63,061 nucleotides of DNA, filler included, from Choristocarpus tenellus KU-1152 (GCA_964200185.2; 11 parts of 11 records of this genome joined end to end with filler, not necessarily neighbours in it), one strand, 5' to 3'. Shown: positions 38,097 through 52,712, counted from the whole stretch's first letter. Numbers and translations: made by a program. The notes: generated by a model from the sequence alone, not told the origin.

Positions 38097-40648
38097 CTGA
38101 AGACAAACTCCAGTCGTGGATAAGCATCATTGCATCGGCCTGTCGCAATTTGTTATTCAACCATACTTCTTAGATGAAATAGTGTACAGCAGGAGATATA
38201 TAGGCGTGGCCCACAAGCTGCAAGGTGATGATTTCGTCAGCACATTATTGTACATCATCAATATACCAGACAGCAAAGTAGAGAGGCTGCATTACAGTAG
38301 ATAGGGTGGATCAATGTAACAAGTCTGCTTGAAGTTTTCTCCATACAAGACAACACACCTAACTACATACAATTGTTTTGTCCCAAACCTTCGAAACCAC
38401 CTCATCCACCACCAGTTCAAGACTCTTGGGAAATACAATGAGCATGTCTCATGGAATTTTGATTTCATATAAATAGTTTTGCCAGGGTAAAAATACTCGG
38501 GAGTATGCCACAAGATAATGAATGATCCATTTTACACACTGAATAACTTACTGGGGGGTACTTAGCATTATTCTGTGTCGGTCTATGTACGCTTAGCACG
38601 TCTCCTGCCTGCACAGATAGATTACAAGGATTAGCAGGCAATCCCTTTGTCGTTCACATTGCAAAATGCGGACAAACAGCTCACAGCTCTGTCAACAATA
38701 AAAGATTGAGTAACCAGTGAAATACTACGTAGTATCATAGTTGTACGTAAAGTAATCTAGGTGTTATTGTTGAGTATCACGACTAGGAATTCTTTGTTCG
38801 AATCTTGTTGCGAATGGGTACAAACAACATGGTACATTGTGAACAAACTATCGTAAAACTATTGTAATGTGTAACTCTGCAGTGATGATACACTGTACCA
38901 ATGACAGGTAGCATCATATTCCATTGTTGACAAAATGTCAGTGGTCATAATAATATTGATAGTAGTAGTAGTCCAAAATATTAGTCAAGAATTGTTTATA
39001 CATCCATCATCTATGTACTAAAATAATAGTATGAAGTAGTTGTGAAAGGGTTCTGATTATAATTAGCCACGTTTGATAAATCACGAATAATTGACAGTCG
39101 AAAATTGTTACCGATTATCCATCTATTCCAATCCCCTCAACACACCAGTTATCTGGAGTATGATCGATTACATTTTCTACCTCAGGAAGGCTATGCGTGT
39201 TCATGAGACCTGACACCCCTTGAACTAGGAGAACCTGTCGATCAAGGGCAAGACTGACCCAATCATGGAGGCAATGAAGAGACTGGAGGGGTCATACATC
39301 ACAGCTTCTCTCCTAGTCCTTACAATATACTTTGTACGTGTTGGTTTAAAGAAATCTGTGTGAGAAACTGTGGTCCTACTGCATGAATAGGTAGGCACTC
39401 TTCTTTAGAAGACCTCTTGACATGCTGGAAGAGTCCCTGCAGGCGACCATGTGACTTCAAGCCCCTGCGTATCGTTGCTATTGCTCTCGACAACTGCAAC
39501 AAGGTCCTATATAGTATTCTCGGCACGCTGTACAACAAGCGTGGGAGAAATTTAGTGCAGACAGCCTCAAACAACTTCATCGAGGACTTTCCAGAGGAGG
39601 TAAATACAGGTCCTTCAAAACACAGATATCCTAAGCCTTCTCCTGTGACTCCATCACATGGCAAAAAGCGAAGATGCTCAAGGTTTGAGGCAACAGCAGC
39701 AGCAGACGTGGGGACACATCTATCATCCACAACAGGATGAGGACTCTACCTCATGCCGATATATCGAGAGGGCTGTACAGAATATGTTGGATTGATACAG
39801 GGCCCTTCCTTCAAATAGTCTACATTACGATTTAGGCACTCTGAAGTGGTAACTCAAATGTACTGCAGACCTGCTAAGACTTGCCAAGGTTGGCCATCAA
39901 GTACTCTCTATCTTTACTACCCAAGACACAGTCTGAGATAGTGTGTTGTTACACCTGGTCTTAGAGTATCGACAAAGCACAACCACCTACACAAATACCA
40001 TGTCACCTTTCTTGTGTTTTGGTCTAGTATGGGGCTCAAGGTTGACAATTGGTTGAAGAATTAGAGAACAGAAAACGCATGAGAGACATTTATTGGATAT
40101 TTCTTTGCGTACAACGAGTAAGACATCAGAACGTTAACTAATTTGTACTTAGAAGAGGTTTGTGTGACCAGATTTTTCGACCTAATATAGATTAAGAACA
40201 CATCGGTCTATTTACTATTTAGGCTTACCCCTTACGTAGTTTTGCGAGCCAACTACACGAAGCTACGACGAAGGTACCATCTTAATGATAACAAACACTC
40301 CACGATACCAGTAGATAGAAAGCGAAGAGGTAAAAAAAACTAGTTGCAACCCTGCAAAATTATCTATTACTCAAGTATCTCAAAGGGACGTGAGAGCTGG
40401 GCTTAACCAACCAGAAAGGCACTGGAATGGACTTGATGACNNNNNNNNNNNNNNNNNNNNNNNNNNNNNNNNNNNNNNNNNNNNTTAATTAATTAANNNN
40501 NNNNNNNNNNNNNNNNNNNNNNNNNNNNNNNNNNNNNNNNCCACAGAATCACACGATTCACATAATGCATAATCATATAAATATAATTGAGATGGGGAAT
40601 ATTGTAGAAGAAATCAATCCTGGAAGTAATGCACATCTCTGCAACCAG

Positions 40649-40955
40649 AGATCCCCCTCTCGTAAGATTGTCATCACTCCAAATATTTCTGCAAGTCCTT
40701 GCAGTCTTGCACTTGTCCAACCTCAACCTCATCCTGTCGGATGCGGTTCTTCTTGGTCCGTCTTGCCCGGTGATTCTCTTCACCACCCTTGCTAGAGTGA
40801 ACCACGCCGCCATAGAATCACGATTTGTAATATATATATATTATATATTTAACCCATCAACAGGCACCATCCTCGTCACTAAGTCACCAAGTCAGAGGGT
40901 TACCACATATTTTAAATGCCAACAAATCGTGGATGTACATACGACTTTGCGCGAG
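40649..40955 (+). CDS. Candidate exon pair of an unidentified gene
   Basis: Segments ~40649-40769 (...SWSVLP G|GT) and 40864-40955 (AG|..TILVTKSPSQRVTTYFKCQQIVDVHTTLRE|GTAAG) join in phase. No family recognised. Confidence 0.3.
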
Positions 40956-42224
40956 GTAAGACCTAATTGAAACAAGCTCACCATCAACAATGAATGAACA
41001 GCAATATGAATGATGGAAAATTCTATTTCAGTTCCGTCTCGCAAAACGCAACGATCAGAAAATTTCCAGAAAGTTCGAACTGGGTTTGAAAAGTTCAGTG
41101 TTTCCTGTACTTTCCACAATATATGTAGTGTGAGAGTAGACATAATACATCTACAACTAAAATTAGAGTTATATCTTTGCTTTTTTCGCTGCGGTAGTTC
41201 TCCATAATATATAGTTATTTGTGTCCCCCAATCAATGCAACACTTCTCTCCACAACGAGACTTCCAAATATAAATATACTCGAACTTTTTGACGTCCCTT
41301 AAAACGAGGCACTAGTAGTTGATGTTGAACTTTTCAGACACAGTCCATGATATGTAGGGATCTTTGAATGGCCTGTTAATCCTACAATTTATACATACAT
41401 ACATGAGGATTTTTTCACAATTTGCTACTCGCTTCTCATGGCATACTAAATCTGTGAGAGAGGGTGTGTCTCTAGGACGAAAAGAGAGACTTGTAGGCGT
41501 TCTTTTGGAACGGAGAGGACGTCGGTCGTCCTTGTTGTGGTTCCTGAGACAAATCGATCGAAAATTACCAACTCCACGGAGTTTTGTAGGCAACTAAGAG
41601 GCATTGCGGCAATGAGATCCCAAACTGCTACAAAGAGAAACGAAGCCTGCAAGGACAAGCATTGCTTAACCTGCATAGATAGACAAAAAAACGTGTGGTT
41701 CGAGATGGTAAACGGATCGTGGAGTAGGGTTTTGCTGCTATTGCTCCGACTGTACTAGAAGCGAAGCAGGCGACTGCTTACGCTCTGAGACCATCGAAAT
41801 GAGGGAAGTGAAAGCATAGGCAGAGGAAAAAGTCAAGCAAGTCGTCTCCATGATGGAGGCCACAGCGACATGAAGGAAGAAAAAGAGTTGAAAGGCCATT
41901 ACGACTGCAATACTTCATGAAGAAGATGGGAGAAGAGCGAGGCTTGGGTTCGTGCTGAAGCCATGAAAAAAACGTCAACGCGTTGAGACGCCAGTAGTGG
42001 GTGAAGAAGAGATCGAGACATTTATTTGAAGGTGGGCCTCGAAAATTGAGGGTGAAACAAGTCCAGGAAGAACTCGAAAGAGGCAAGCACGAGCGTACCT
42101 CCACATCTAACGGATGGCTAAGCGTAGCATGTGCAGAACATATCCATCAGACACGCTTGGTCCTGTCCGTCTTTTGTTTGTCCTTTGGTGTTTGTAGTTT
42201 CTGATTTACCAACACATTAGCCTA

Positions 42225-42376
42225 GATATAACAGCAGATTTCAATAATTGAGGATGGAGCTTTTCATTGAGGATGGGCAAAAACAAACATATCGACACTT
42301 TCTCCCAGTCAATTTTGGGTCAAGCCCATCCTCAACGAAAAGCTCCATCCTCAATTTTTGAAATCTGCTGTTATAT
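42225..42376. mobile_element. ~150-bp fold-back MITE with ~50-bp inverted arms and TA flanks (Tc1/mariner-like)
   Basis: ataacagcagatttcaataattgaggatggagcttttcattgaggatgggc is mirrored by gcccatcctcaacgaaaagctccatcctcaatttttgaaatctgctgttat. A second copy lies at the window start. Confidence 0.8.
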
Positions 42377-43291
42377 GATGTGGAAAATAAGATTGGTGTT
42401 AGGACCTTTTTTTCATCGACTGAACGAAAAACAGAATACATATTCAAAATTTGACAACCCTAACAATGTGGCGATAACGGCAATAAATGGCTCTCCTTCT
42501 CAAACCTAACAACACAAGCGGTACTAGTCGATTGGATCTTTAGAACTAACCTTACAAATATTATTTGTTGAGGTTGAGAAACTTGAAAGTGAAAGGTAAA
42601 GGGTACAAGAACGAGAACTTTCGAATAATAATAGGTATTATGATATAGTATGACATTTTACGGATCTGTCAGGAATAAACCTAAGTCAATATCAAAATTA
42701 ATTGTTCCACGTACACCATCCACCTCACAAACTTTTTTTATATTTGTTCAAGATGTGTAAGGCGGACAAAATGGGTAATTTTATGTCCCACAATCAGAAA
42801 AACACACTCTTACATCGAAAATGTTATTATGTATTGGTTATATTACCAACTTAAACAACAATTTACTAATTAATACCCAATCCAAAGAACCATCAACCTA
42901 ATCACATACTATCAATTGTTATTGTTTCTCATATATTTGATTTTTTCAATATTTCCTCTATTGTTGTACAATAATACTTCAATAAAATGATGCATGACAA
43001 ATAGGAATACATGACACCAATCCTGGAAACGCCCCTCATCTCTCCTTGTAATCCTCCTATGATATTCCTGACCCAAAATTCTGTTTTGAAAAGGGGGGTA
43101 AAGTAGACATTGAAACGCTTTGAGGATTTGCACTGGGATGTTATTATTGAAACCCATGGCTATGTGACTAAATACAGAACAGGATTTTGGGGAGCGTGTG
43201 GGCTGGGAAGCGGCGAGGAGGGGCTAAATCGCGAGATCGGAATTCATTGTTGTCTTGGAATTGAGGTGCACTTGCCCTGGAGGTCTCGGCA

Positions 43292-46200
43292 ATGGAGTAT
43301 GACGTTCGTAGTATGAGCGCTTCAGACTTTGCAACGTCTCCTTCTAGTACCAAGAGTGGGAGGGAGGTGGTGATGCAACTACCCGACTTCGAGGAAAGCG
43401 ACTTCTACGTTGAGCAAGAGCAGGTGATGATGTTTTGTTAAAAGCACACCGATTGCTGTGAAACAACAGTTTCGGGTCTTCATATTTTGATCTATGCTGG
43501 TGCTTGCGTCTATTCATCTACCGAGAAACAAATCATCCACCTTTTCTTCTGAAGGGGTTGGACTGATGGGGTCATGCACTAGCTACTGTCACTAACACCC
43601 AAAAGGACACGAAGTTACGGGTTAACTTGGTCACTTTTCACCCTCTGTCCGGAGTATTAAATTTTCCTGAACAGTACCACTAATCTGTAACCGACAGGTG
43701 GTGATTGGGCCAGCTGTAGGTGAAGGAGCTTTTTCAACAGTTTACGTTGGAACTTATTTCGGGGACGTGGTGGCTGTTAAAAAACAGACTCGACAGGGCC
43801 GGGACCTAGAGAAGTACTTGCTGCGCGAACTATCCGTGCTGAAGTACATTCGTCACCAGAATATGCTTGAGTATATCGGGTAAGAACTAAAATACTGACG
43901 AATACCTGCGTGAGGTGATTGGCATGTAAATAACTACTATCCCCATACGGTTTGCACAACCAAATGAGTATTTTGCCATCTCTACCTTCTACAACGGAGA
44001 ATAAATAGTCTAGGGAAGTCAAGTGTAGAGATATTGGCAGACCGTACGAGGTGCAGAGAAGACGGTTTGTGTTCATATATGCAACTTTAGCCAAGGAAGT
44101 GCTCTGCTGTTGCTGTAATCACCCCTCCATTGTAACCGTTCAAATCTTTTTACAGCAGCCGCTATAGAGTTGGTTGATCTTGCGTGCACTGGACTCATTT
44201 TCAAGATCAAGCTAACACCAAACCTCAGTATGTAAAACCTAGACCATGATCAGGGAATGCACACGAAGTCTTGTGACACCTCAGAGTGACTGAGGTTGTG
44301 ATGTTTACGCTATGTGTTCTCGAGTGTGAGTAGAGTACAAAGTACTGTTCTGTTCGCATTTGTACAATAATGCCAAACCCTCTATGAGTAATTTTTTTGT
44401 TAGTGAGGTGATACAGCCATCGGTCATAGATTCATTGCGATAGCATCATCACCAACAAACTTCTATGGATGGGAAATAGTACATCATGTCAGTCTAGTCA
44501 GGGAGAAGATCTAAGGGTATTTATGATGGTGTTGTTCCTCTCCATCCAATGATTGCCTGTATTTGCTGTATAATCTTCATGTATTGGACCAGGCAAAGTT
44601 TGTCCTTTCTAGGAGGCGCATTTCTTGTCCAATAGTACTCACCCAAATTACGATACAATTGAGTTGGCATGCATCATAGCCTATCATGTCCAACTATAGG
44701 ACTAGAGGGTATCTGCGATGGCGAAAATGTTTGTAATTTGGTTTCCCTTGATTCTAGTATTGTCAGACTCCACCTTGTCCCTCTTCACACCATTGTTGTA
44801 CAAACTGACCTCATTCTGGAAGTCCCCCATTGACTCGACTCAAAACTGTTACTGTAACTCTTTGAAATTTTGATGGCATTGCACCAAGTGACTGCAAAAT
44901 TTTATTGACCAATGCATCCTTCTCCCCTACCTCCTATGGTAGTGCATATAATGTTATTGCCAAGACAAGGGGGCAACTACATGCTGTGTATATTATCACA
45001 GAGTATGCCCAGGGGGGAGATCTTCTAAAGCTGCTGCTGAAAAGGAGCACACCTCTAGGTTGGAGATTTAGGATACAAATTGCGAAGGAGGTGTGTTGTG
45101 TTACATAATATGGGCTATTGATATTAGTAGTGTTCACTGACAGGGCTGGAAGTTGCAGCAAGATATTGTAAACATAATTCTGGGAGGATTGTTATCAGTG
45201 GTATCCTCGTAGATGTTGGCATGTGTGGCACTCCGCAATTGATGTCACAAAGGCATGCATGCTGTGCACAGTGTTGTGGTGATGCTTGGGATTATAGTTT
45301 CTGGAACAAAGAACAGAAATAGGTACCTACCGATTAATTGAGTACTGCAAGTTTGAATCTGTGTTTCCCAGTGTGAGATCAGTGCTGTGTCTGCAAAAGC
45401 GAAATTCAAAGACGATGAGGAGGCTTTGTCTCCCTTGGTCTTATGGGAGGGGAAAGACCTTATATACTATAGACCAGGTGTCTTCTGTACATAGTATGAA
45501 ATCAAACACTGCAGTTTGAAGTGTGCTGTGGCAATTAATTCTAGATAAGATTGTATGTGTACGTACGTATCATACCGACAAGATAAGTTGCAACAACCTT
45601 CTTCCTGTCTACATTTTGTTCTACGCAGGGTGCACAAGCCCTTGAGTACCTCCACAGCCAGCAGCTCATCCACAGGGATATCAAAAGCAGCAACTTTCTT
45701 CTCGATAGTGACTGGCATTGCAAGCTTAGCGACTTTGGTATGGCCCGTGAGGTATGCTATCCATGGAAGGGAGGCTATTGATGAGTATTGGTAGTACATG
45801 CATGCTCACATTCATACACTCACACATTCGCACATATGCAATACATACATACATATACACATACTTACATACATACATATATATATATAGATGCGCACAC
45901 CCACGGATGTACCTCCAGTTGAAGAGTTTCTTTTCCCTTTACACTTTTGTGTGTCATCCCTGTCCTTGTATGAAGTGTGATATGTGGTGTGTGGTGCATG
46001 TCCTCCTGTGAGCATGCTAATAATATGCTAATAATATGCTATTAATAGGTGTCCAACAATGGGAAGATGACTATATGTGGCACGGATGAGTACATGGCGC
46101 CAGAGATGCTGTTTAATGAGGACTTTAGCTATCCTGCAGATATGTTCAGTTTTGGTAAGGAAAATACTCAACAAGGATTGGTCAGACTTTTGTGTGTCTT

Positions 46201-47246
46201 TCATTTTGGAGTAGGTAAAGTAGTCTTCTGTGGAGTAGGAGTCATGCACCACTCTTGCAATAGCAATTGCCACTACAACTTTGGTGCATACCACTAGTAT
46301 CAATCAAGGGTTGTTGCTCAACGCCCTTCCCTCTATGTTCACTAGCAATGTTTTGCTGATTAGTACATCCCAAGCATCAATTGCCCTGGGCTGTGGATTA
46401 GGTTTGGAGTTATGAAAATTTTTGTTGCCAGAGTGATGGGAGTTGAGCAGGCTGGAGAAGAGAGGTAGGGTGTAGTCAAGGGGTGGTTTATCTCAACTCA
46501 AATTGGTTTTGTCAATTTTTGTTTCTTGTGACAGGGGGTATTTTTGTCAATTTTTAACAAATTCCTTTTTTTCTTCTTTTTGGTAGTGTTGTAGTAAAGT
46601 ACACGCACAGCCCGTTGTGGTATTGCGAAGCCCTCCTCTTTGAACTCTGATTGCGAGATAAATATCCTATTTTTTGTAAAAACTCAAAAAAACAAACAGG
46701 TATGGTCCTCCTCGAGGTGATAACACGCAAGAAGATTGGCGAGAAGGGCTTTGCAAAGAGGACTCCAGCAAAGCTCTTTGCCCTTGAGTCAGAAGACATA
46801 CAACGCGAGTCTCCAAAGGATGCACCCGAGTCTCTGGTCAACCTTGCTGCCTTGTGCGTTAGTTATGCTTCCAAATCACTTTTTTTTTCTTGTTTGGTAG
46901 TTCACCAATAAATGATGATGATGATAAATGATGATGCAAATGTGCCTCAATATGCGCTGTTGTCCTCATTGATGCTCAAGAACAGTTAGCTCTTTTTAAC
47001 AGCTTAGCAGATTAAGTAGATGTTATTATGGTAAGTATCACCTTTGGTGTGCCACTGATGTGCACCTGAACGAGTGTATCCACTTTGGGGGGAGCGATAT
47101 ACTTCAATAATTTTTGTGACTGTGGTTCATTCTCACCCATCACTCATCACCCATCACCCTCACCCCTCCATGTGTATGTATCAAGGTGCATGGAATATGA
47201 GCCAGAGGAGCGTCCCACGGCAGAGGAGACTCGGCAGTGGCTAGAG
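43292..47246 (+). CDS. TKL-group protein kinase (LISK/TESK-like), full kinase domain, 3' end missing
   Basis: Seven phase-consistent exons: 43292-43423, 43698-43879, 44943-45090, 45629-45751, 46049-46154, 46700-46853, 47186-47246. Motifs [40 protein letters not shown] and PEERP. Subfamily assignment is by eye. Confidence 0.93.
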
Positions 47247-47895
47247 GTAAGTTCAGAACGGTCGATTGCCCCTCTCTTAATGTAGCCTTAGAAGACCTCC
47301 TTGTGAGCAATGCAAGGTGGTACATGCTGGGCGAAGCTTTCTACACCCAGTAGGAATACAAGGAGCATTGATTGTTTTCTGTTCTTAAGTTATCAGGTGT
47401 AAAACAACCTACATCAAGGTCTGCTTTTGATGATAGCTGGTTAATTTTTTTTCGTGAAGCGTATCAAGTGTCATCCGTGTGAAGTGTGACTGCCTTGAAA
47501 TATTTTTTTTGCAGGGGGGGATGATGTTCCCTTCTGCCCTCCGCCCCCCACCCCCGCCTCACCCTNNNNNNNNNNNNNNNNNNNNNNNNNNNNNNNNNNN
47601 NNNNNNNNNTTAATTAATTAANNNNNNNNNNNNNNNNNNNNNNNNNNNNNNNNNNNNNNNNNNNNTGTCACATGCATCACACACCATCTCCAAATTATCC
47701 CCCCCAGACCTTACCCTCCAGACTATACACTTAAGCTCTCTCAAGCTCCCCCCTCCCCCCCCCACCTGCTTGGTCCTCACAACAAACCATAATAACAACA
47801 AGAAAAAATAATACAGAATCACGGTACACGTGGCGGACCACTCAAGCCTGCCTCAAGTTCCAAGAAACTTCTATCGGGCAAGGGTACAACATACC

Positions 47896-48147
47896 GGTAC
47901 CAGGCAAGAGTACAAGTAAGTGGTACCAGGACCAGTACAAGTAAGTGGTACCAGGCAAGAGTACAAGTAAGTGGTACCAGGACCAGTACAAGTAAGTGGT
48001 ACCAGGTAAGAGTACAAGTAGGTGGTACCAGGACCAGTACAAGTAGGTGGTACCAGGACCAGTACAAGTAGGTGGTACCAGGACCAGTACAAGTAAGTGG
48101 TACCAGAAGAGGACAAGAGGACCAGTACAAATAAGTGGTACCAAGTA
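47896..48147. repeat. 25-26-bp minisatellite GGTACCAGGACCAGTACAAGTA(A/G)GT x~10 in a gatB intron
   Basis: Directly visible. It begins about 10 nt after the exon 3 donor. Confidence 0.93.
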
Positions 48148-48158
48148 CGGAACTTCAC

Positions 48159-48992
48159 CTTGCGGTCCCACTTGGTTTCAGTCGCTATTTCGCAACCCAA
48201 AGCCATCCCCGCCTTCGCCGATAGCTCCACCACTCGGGCGTTGGGGACAGGGAGGGACCCCGGCTCACCCAAGCACACTGGGCACACATTGGTATTGGGA
48301 CTTCCAGGGCTGTAGTGTGTACTGCATGGGCAGTAAGCCTTTTTCGAGACGGGTGCATTGTGTACGCGTGTTGAGTTTGTTGGTGGGGTAAGGTTTGTAG
48401 TGTGAGATTCGGGACCATCCATGCCAGGGTATTGGGGGGTTATCAGGTTCGCAGGGTTGGACCAGTTCACAATTTCCTGTTTTGATGTTGTTAGCGATAC
48501 TGAAAATGGCACAGTCTGCATGGTGCCATAGGTGGGATATCAATACGAGAACAGTGATACAATCATCACGAGTTCTGAACAAGAAGGGTAGGCCTTCCAC
48601 GGTGGCCTAGTGGCCAACCAGCAACACTGCTTCAAAGGCTGCATGAGAGCTTGAGTCCAACTGAGATAAGATTTTCTGCTTAACGAAGGTTCTGTTTAGA
48701 TGGTCCACTTGGCAAATTAAATCATGTCCCCAGCATCCAATCATGAGTAAGAGTTTTGATGTACTCTTGGTTTTCAGCATCTTGTGCATGCCCAATCCGT
48801 GTATTTGATGAGGTCAACTTCAACGCGGTAAAAAAAAAAAGAAGGATAACTTCAGGAGTACAACCGGTATCACAAAATATACTGCATGCAAGGAGTATAC
48901 CACTTGTTTTTCTGACAGCAAATATGATATCAATCAGCAAATGATGCGCGGCATGCTTCTAGGCAACCAAGAATGGTAGAGAGATGTATGAC

Positions 48993-49036
<44 letters not shown>

Positions 49037-50755
49037 ATAACGATGTGTGGCATGCTTCTAGGCAACGAAGAATGGTAGAGAGATGTATAACACACACAGA
49101 GAGAGAGAGAGAGAGTTACAAAGGGTGTCAAGGTCTGCTTTCCTGAAAGGAAAAAAAAAAGGTATTGCCTGTCCACTTGTTGGAAACAATTTGATTTTTT
49201 TTTTAATGAAATTACTTTTTTTTTCTTTCTTGCAAACCGAGTGCGAAGAGATTGAGACCCCATTGACACCGCTTTCTTCGATCTTTGAAAAAAAGGGCTT
49301 ATTTGTTCGGTAGGGTGTGCTATGTCAATTGTTGTTAGGGTTTAGGGTTGGAGCTGTTGGATGGTATCTTGGAAAGGGAACACAATTCATTCGGCAAAAC
49401 CAATAGGCTCTCCCTTACATGGCCAGCATTTTTTGTGCTTGGATGTACTTTCTATAAGGATGACAATAGCTTTGGTTGCTTCTTCTTTGTTGCCTTATAT
49501 CCCTACTTCGTTGAACATCTGGGCAGCTTCATAAATGTAAGTACATAGAACATGTGTCGAGTTATATCCAACGGCACAAATATATGCTGATGAATTTGAC
49601 GTATTCTACAGAGAAAAAGATATAAACAAGAAAACAAATAAACATACATTACACTTAAAAGAAGAAAGGGTTGAAGATAGAAGTCACAACTCTACTGTCC
49701 GAGGGTGTTGGTTGAGGCCTGATTGTACATCACAATTACACGAGTCTCTCTTCACTGCCTTTTCATCTTACACATACACACAGAAGAAAATGTGTACACG
49801 GTCTATGCAGGAGGTGGAAAAACAAAGAGAATATCACCTCAGCAGCGTACACAATCGTGCAATACCATGTACATACGTGGTATGTGGAGTCGAAGTTGAA
49901 CGAGCAACAATGTATGTGCATGTAGAATGGGGGCACCCATTTCCTACGATAGGTCGTATTGCCTTGGTCCGGGATAGAATCAAGCACACACCTTTGTATC
50001 AGACGAGATTTGGGCGTGGACCTCAATCCCGATTACCGGCTCATAACGTTCTAGCGCCGCATCCAGAGCTGGGTTATCCTTGCCCCTTTTCCTCTTGCCG
50101 CCGACCTTTCCACCCCCCTTCATAGAGAGGCGACCTCGCCCTCTCACCTGTCAGAAATGGAGACATTTCATGTTCATCTTACTTGTAAGACGGAGGTTTC
50201 TCACGGCAACTATTACTAGGAGTTCGGTTGTCATGTTTTCAGCAGGGCGTCATGGGCTTGTCGGAACAAGATTGGGCAATTTCACATGGTCCTAGGGTAG
50301 GGCTCTGCTGCTGGACAAAAATGAGATGGCTTGACAAACTATTTGCATGTCGTTTTGAAAACTAACTCTGGTCAATTCATCGGGCAGCGACAACTGCTTG
50401 AGATCCCTTAGACACGAACCATTCCCACATAAACGAACCAAGGGATGGCCGTTCAAGCAGTCTCCTTGCCTACCCCAGTGGTGTGGGTTCACCCCTCATC
50501 GCGGCAGCAGCAAGCAATTGGTACCATCAGAACTCTAAGAATAAAGGAAACCGTCGATACCGGCTAATCGCGGAGGAATACAAGGTCAGCAGACCACACA
50601 CTCACAGCACGATCATGTGTTGCGACTTGGCGCAGAGCCAATTTCCCAGCCTGCTCTGGACGAACGAAGGACACCGAAGGGTAAATTTCTCCAACTAAGA
50701 GAATCAAAGCGGTCAGCCGCGCTAGCACGCGAATCTTAGCCCAAAGGGTCGCCAT
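48159..50755 (-). CDS. gatB: Asp/Glu-tRNA(Asn/Gln) amidotransferase subunit B, organellar, first three exons
   Basis: Exons 50755-50606, 50147-49992 and 48338-48159 are all phase 0. They encode [18 protein letters not shown]|AYCPCST...[20 protein letters not shown]...[10 protein letters not shown]...KWDRK, the GatB N-terminal signature. The leader has a hydrophobic stretch and an SVS-FVRP ASAFAP-like motif. Confidence 0.93.
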
Positions 50756-50847
50756 GGCTGTGAAGCGGACAAGGATGCTTCAATTGGGGTAGGGTTGAGG
50801 AGAGAGGATGTTACATTAAATTCAAAGGCGTTCCTCACAGGGATGAA

Positions 50848-52239
50848 ATGATGAAACGTCTTCCCTCCTCACACACAAAACATGCAGATATTGTAGTACT
50901 GGTTCACCAAACTCTCCACTCCACTGCTCGAGTCTTCCTTGGCAGTGGGGCTGAATTGATCTTCTTGGGAAATTCCAAAATGAGTCAAAGGGGGCGGGGA
51001 TGCCTCGAGGTGACGACCTATAAGTACGATTCCGTGATCATTGGAAAACAAACACTATCTACCTTTCTTCGATGCTAGCGACTCTTTTTCACTTGTGACT
51101 CGCTGCTTAGGATTATTGGTATCGCAAAGTGTTGAAGAGGGTGCGAATAGCTCGAAGTTGACCGATACGATCTCACTGTTGTAACTGCATAATCGCTATG
51201 TCCCTCACCGTGTTGGCGACACATTTACGCTTTCCTCTTGAGGGTTTATTCATCGGTAGGCATACTACAGACAGGAGTGCGCAAATTATTCCTCAAGGAG
51301 GACCATCACGATACCACAGTTGTTGTTGCATAGACTTCATGTTTTTCTGTGTTGATAGTTTCTTAAGAGTACCCCTGAAAGGGTATTTCACAGAGATCGT
51401 GCTGAAGTTACATCAACCAACGAGGATATTGATCACCTCCCTCTTGGCTTCTGGGTGCCTTAGAAAAAACGGCATCCCGGATGTGACCAGAATCGAGATT
51501 AAAGGAGCAAGAAATCAAGTCTTAGTCACTTGACAGGAGCCTCTCGAGCCTTCTCGGCTCTAGAATGTGACGCGCTTGCTCGCCTTTGCATATCTATCTG
51601 TCGTACCCCAGATCAAACATTCTTCCAACCCGTTCTTCATGACAACCAACTCCATCATCGGACAAACTGCAAAAGATGTCAGAGAGTTTGAAGCACCCCC
51701 AGTGAGTAGAGACAAAATCCTCTGCCTACCTGACTGGTCATGGTATGGGTTGGAAGGAAAATATAGAAACCAAAGGGTTTTTTTAGCTGACAAATAGTAG
51801 AATGTAAATTTGGTTGAAGTGGATGATAATAATCACATATTTCTCTTTCAATAGTGGGCCTTCCTTGAGGTGCCTGCATAACACTATTCTTTCAGTACCT
51901 AATGTTCTTTTCTCAGTAGTTAAAAAACGTGCACTCCTAGGCATGTTGAGATATGGTATAATTCACCTATTGGGATGAGCAGAAGCTTCGTGGGACTGTA
52001 TGGAACCCCAGAGTCCACCTCGAGAAAGTAGACTAAGTGCTATTGAGCCTGAGGTAACACATCATCTCTAAATTCCAAGATTAAATCACAGAATTGGTAA
52101 ACCCGTAGCATCACTCCCCACCCATACACAAGTGTGTACTGACCATGCAAATATTCTACTCCAACCAAAGGTCTATCGAAGAAAACCAAAGGAGGACCCC
52201 ACTGCTGCGGGCATAGACTGGGGCTTTATGTACTCAAAG
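50848..52239 (+). CDS. Candidate exons of an unknown gene divergent from gatB
   Basis: ORF starting at 50848 and ending at GAG|GTGAC, an open segment near 51600-51742, and a clean AG|VYRRKPKEDPTAAGIDWGFMYSK|GTGAG exon at 52171-52239. No family recognised. Confidence 0.3.
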
Positions 52240-52712
52240 GTGAGACTTCAGAGACTCACACAGTATAGGATAAGGAATTATGAAGTGTTACGATTTGTCT
52301 CTCAAGAGTACAGACGAACCAATGAATGCTCACAAGATGCGGAATTGGACACAACAAATACTAGGGGGAAATAGCCCAAAGCGATTTCCATTGATTGGGT
52401 GCAGTCAAAGACCTGGGTAATTCAATTATCAAGTCGCAACTCCCTGCACCCCACTTGTTATCCCAAAGCATGTTTTGCCTGGAAGTGCTAAGGAGACAAC
52501 CATTTGTAGTAGTATGATTATATTGCATAAGAGAAGCACACAAATACGTCAAATAGATTGCCGTTCTTGCACTGCAGAGCAGCAAGGAACTCATGTAGAA
52601 CAATACAAACAGGAGTAGTTACAATAGTGTTGAGAATCATCCCTCCCTCCCCTGCTCTGCCATGTTGATTTCTCCTACAACATGATATATCTTCTCCATA
52701 TCTATTTCTTCT

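Noticed and set aside
39180-42200. Possible viral or transposase ORFs
   Set aside because: Short interrupted frames with no hallmark motifs that I could identify, and the region spans a linker.
47819-48171. Repetitive ORFs extending GatB
   Set aside because: They are read-through into an intronic minisatellite after the AAG|GTGAAG donor at 48158.
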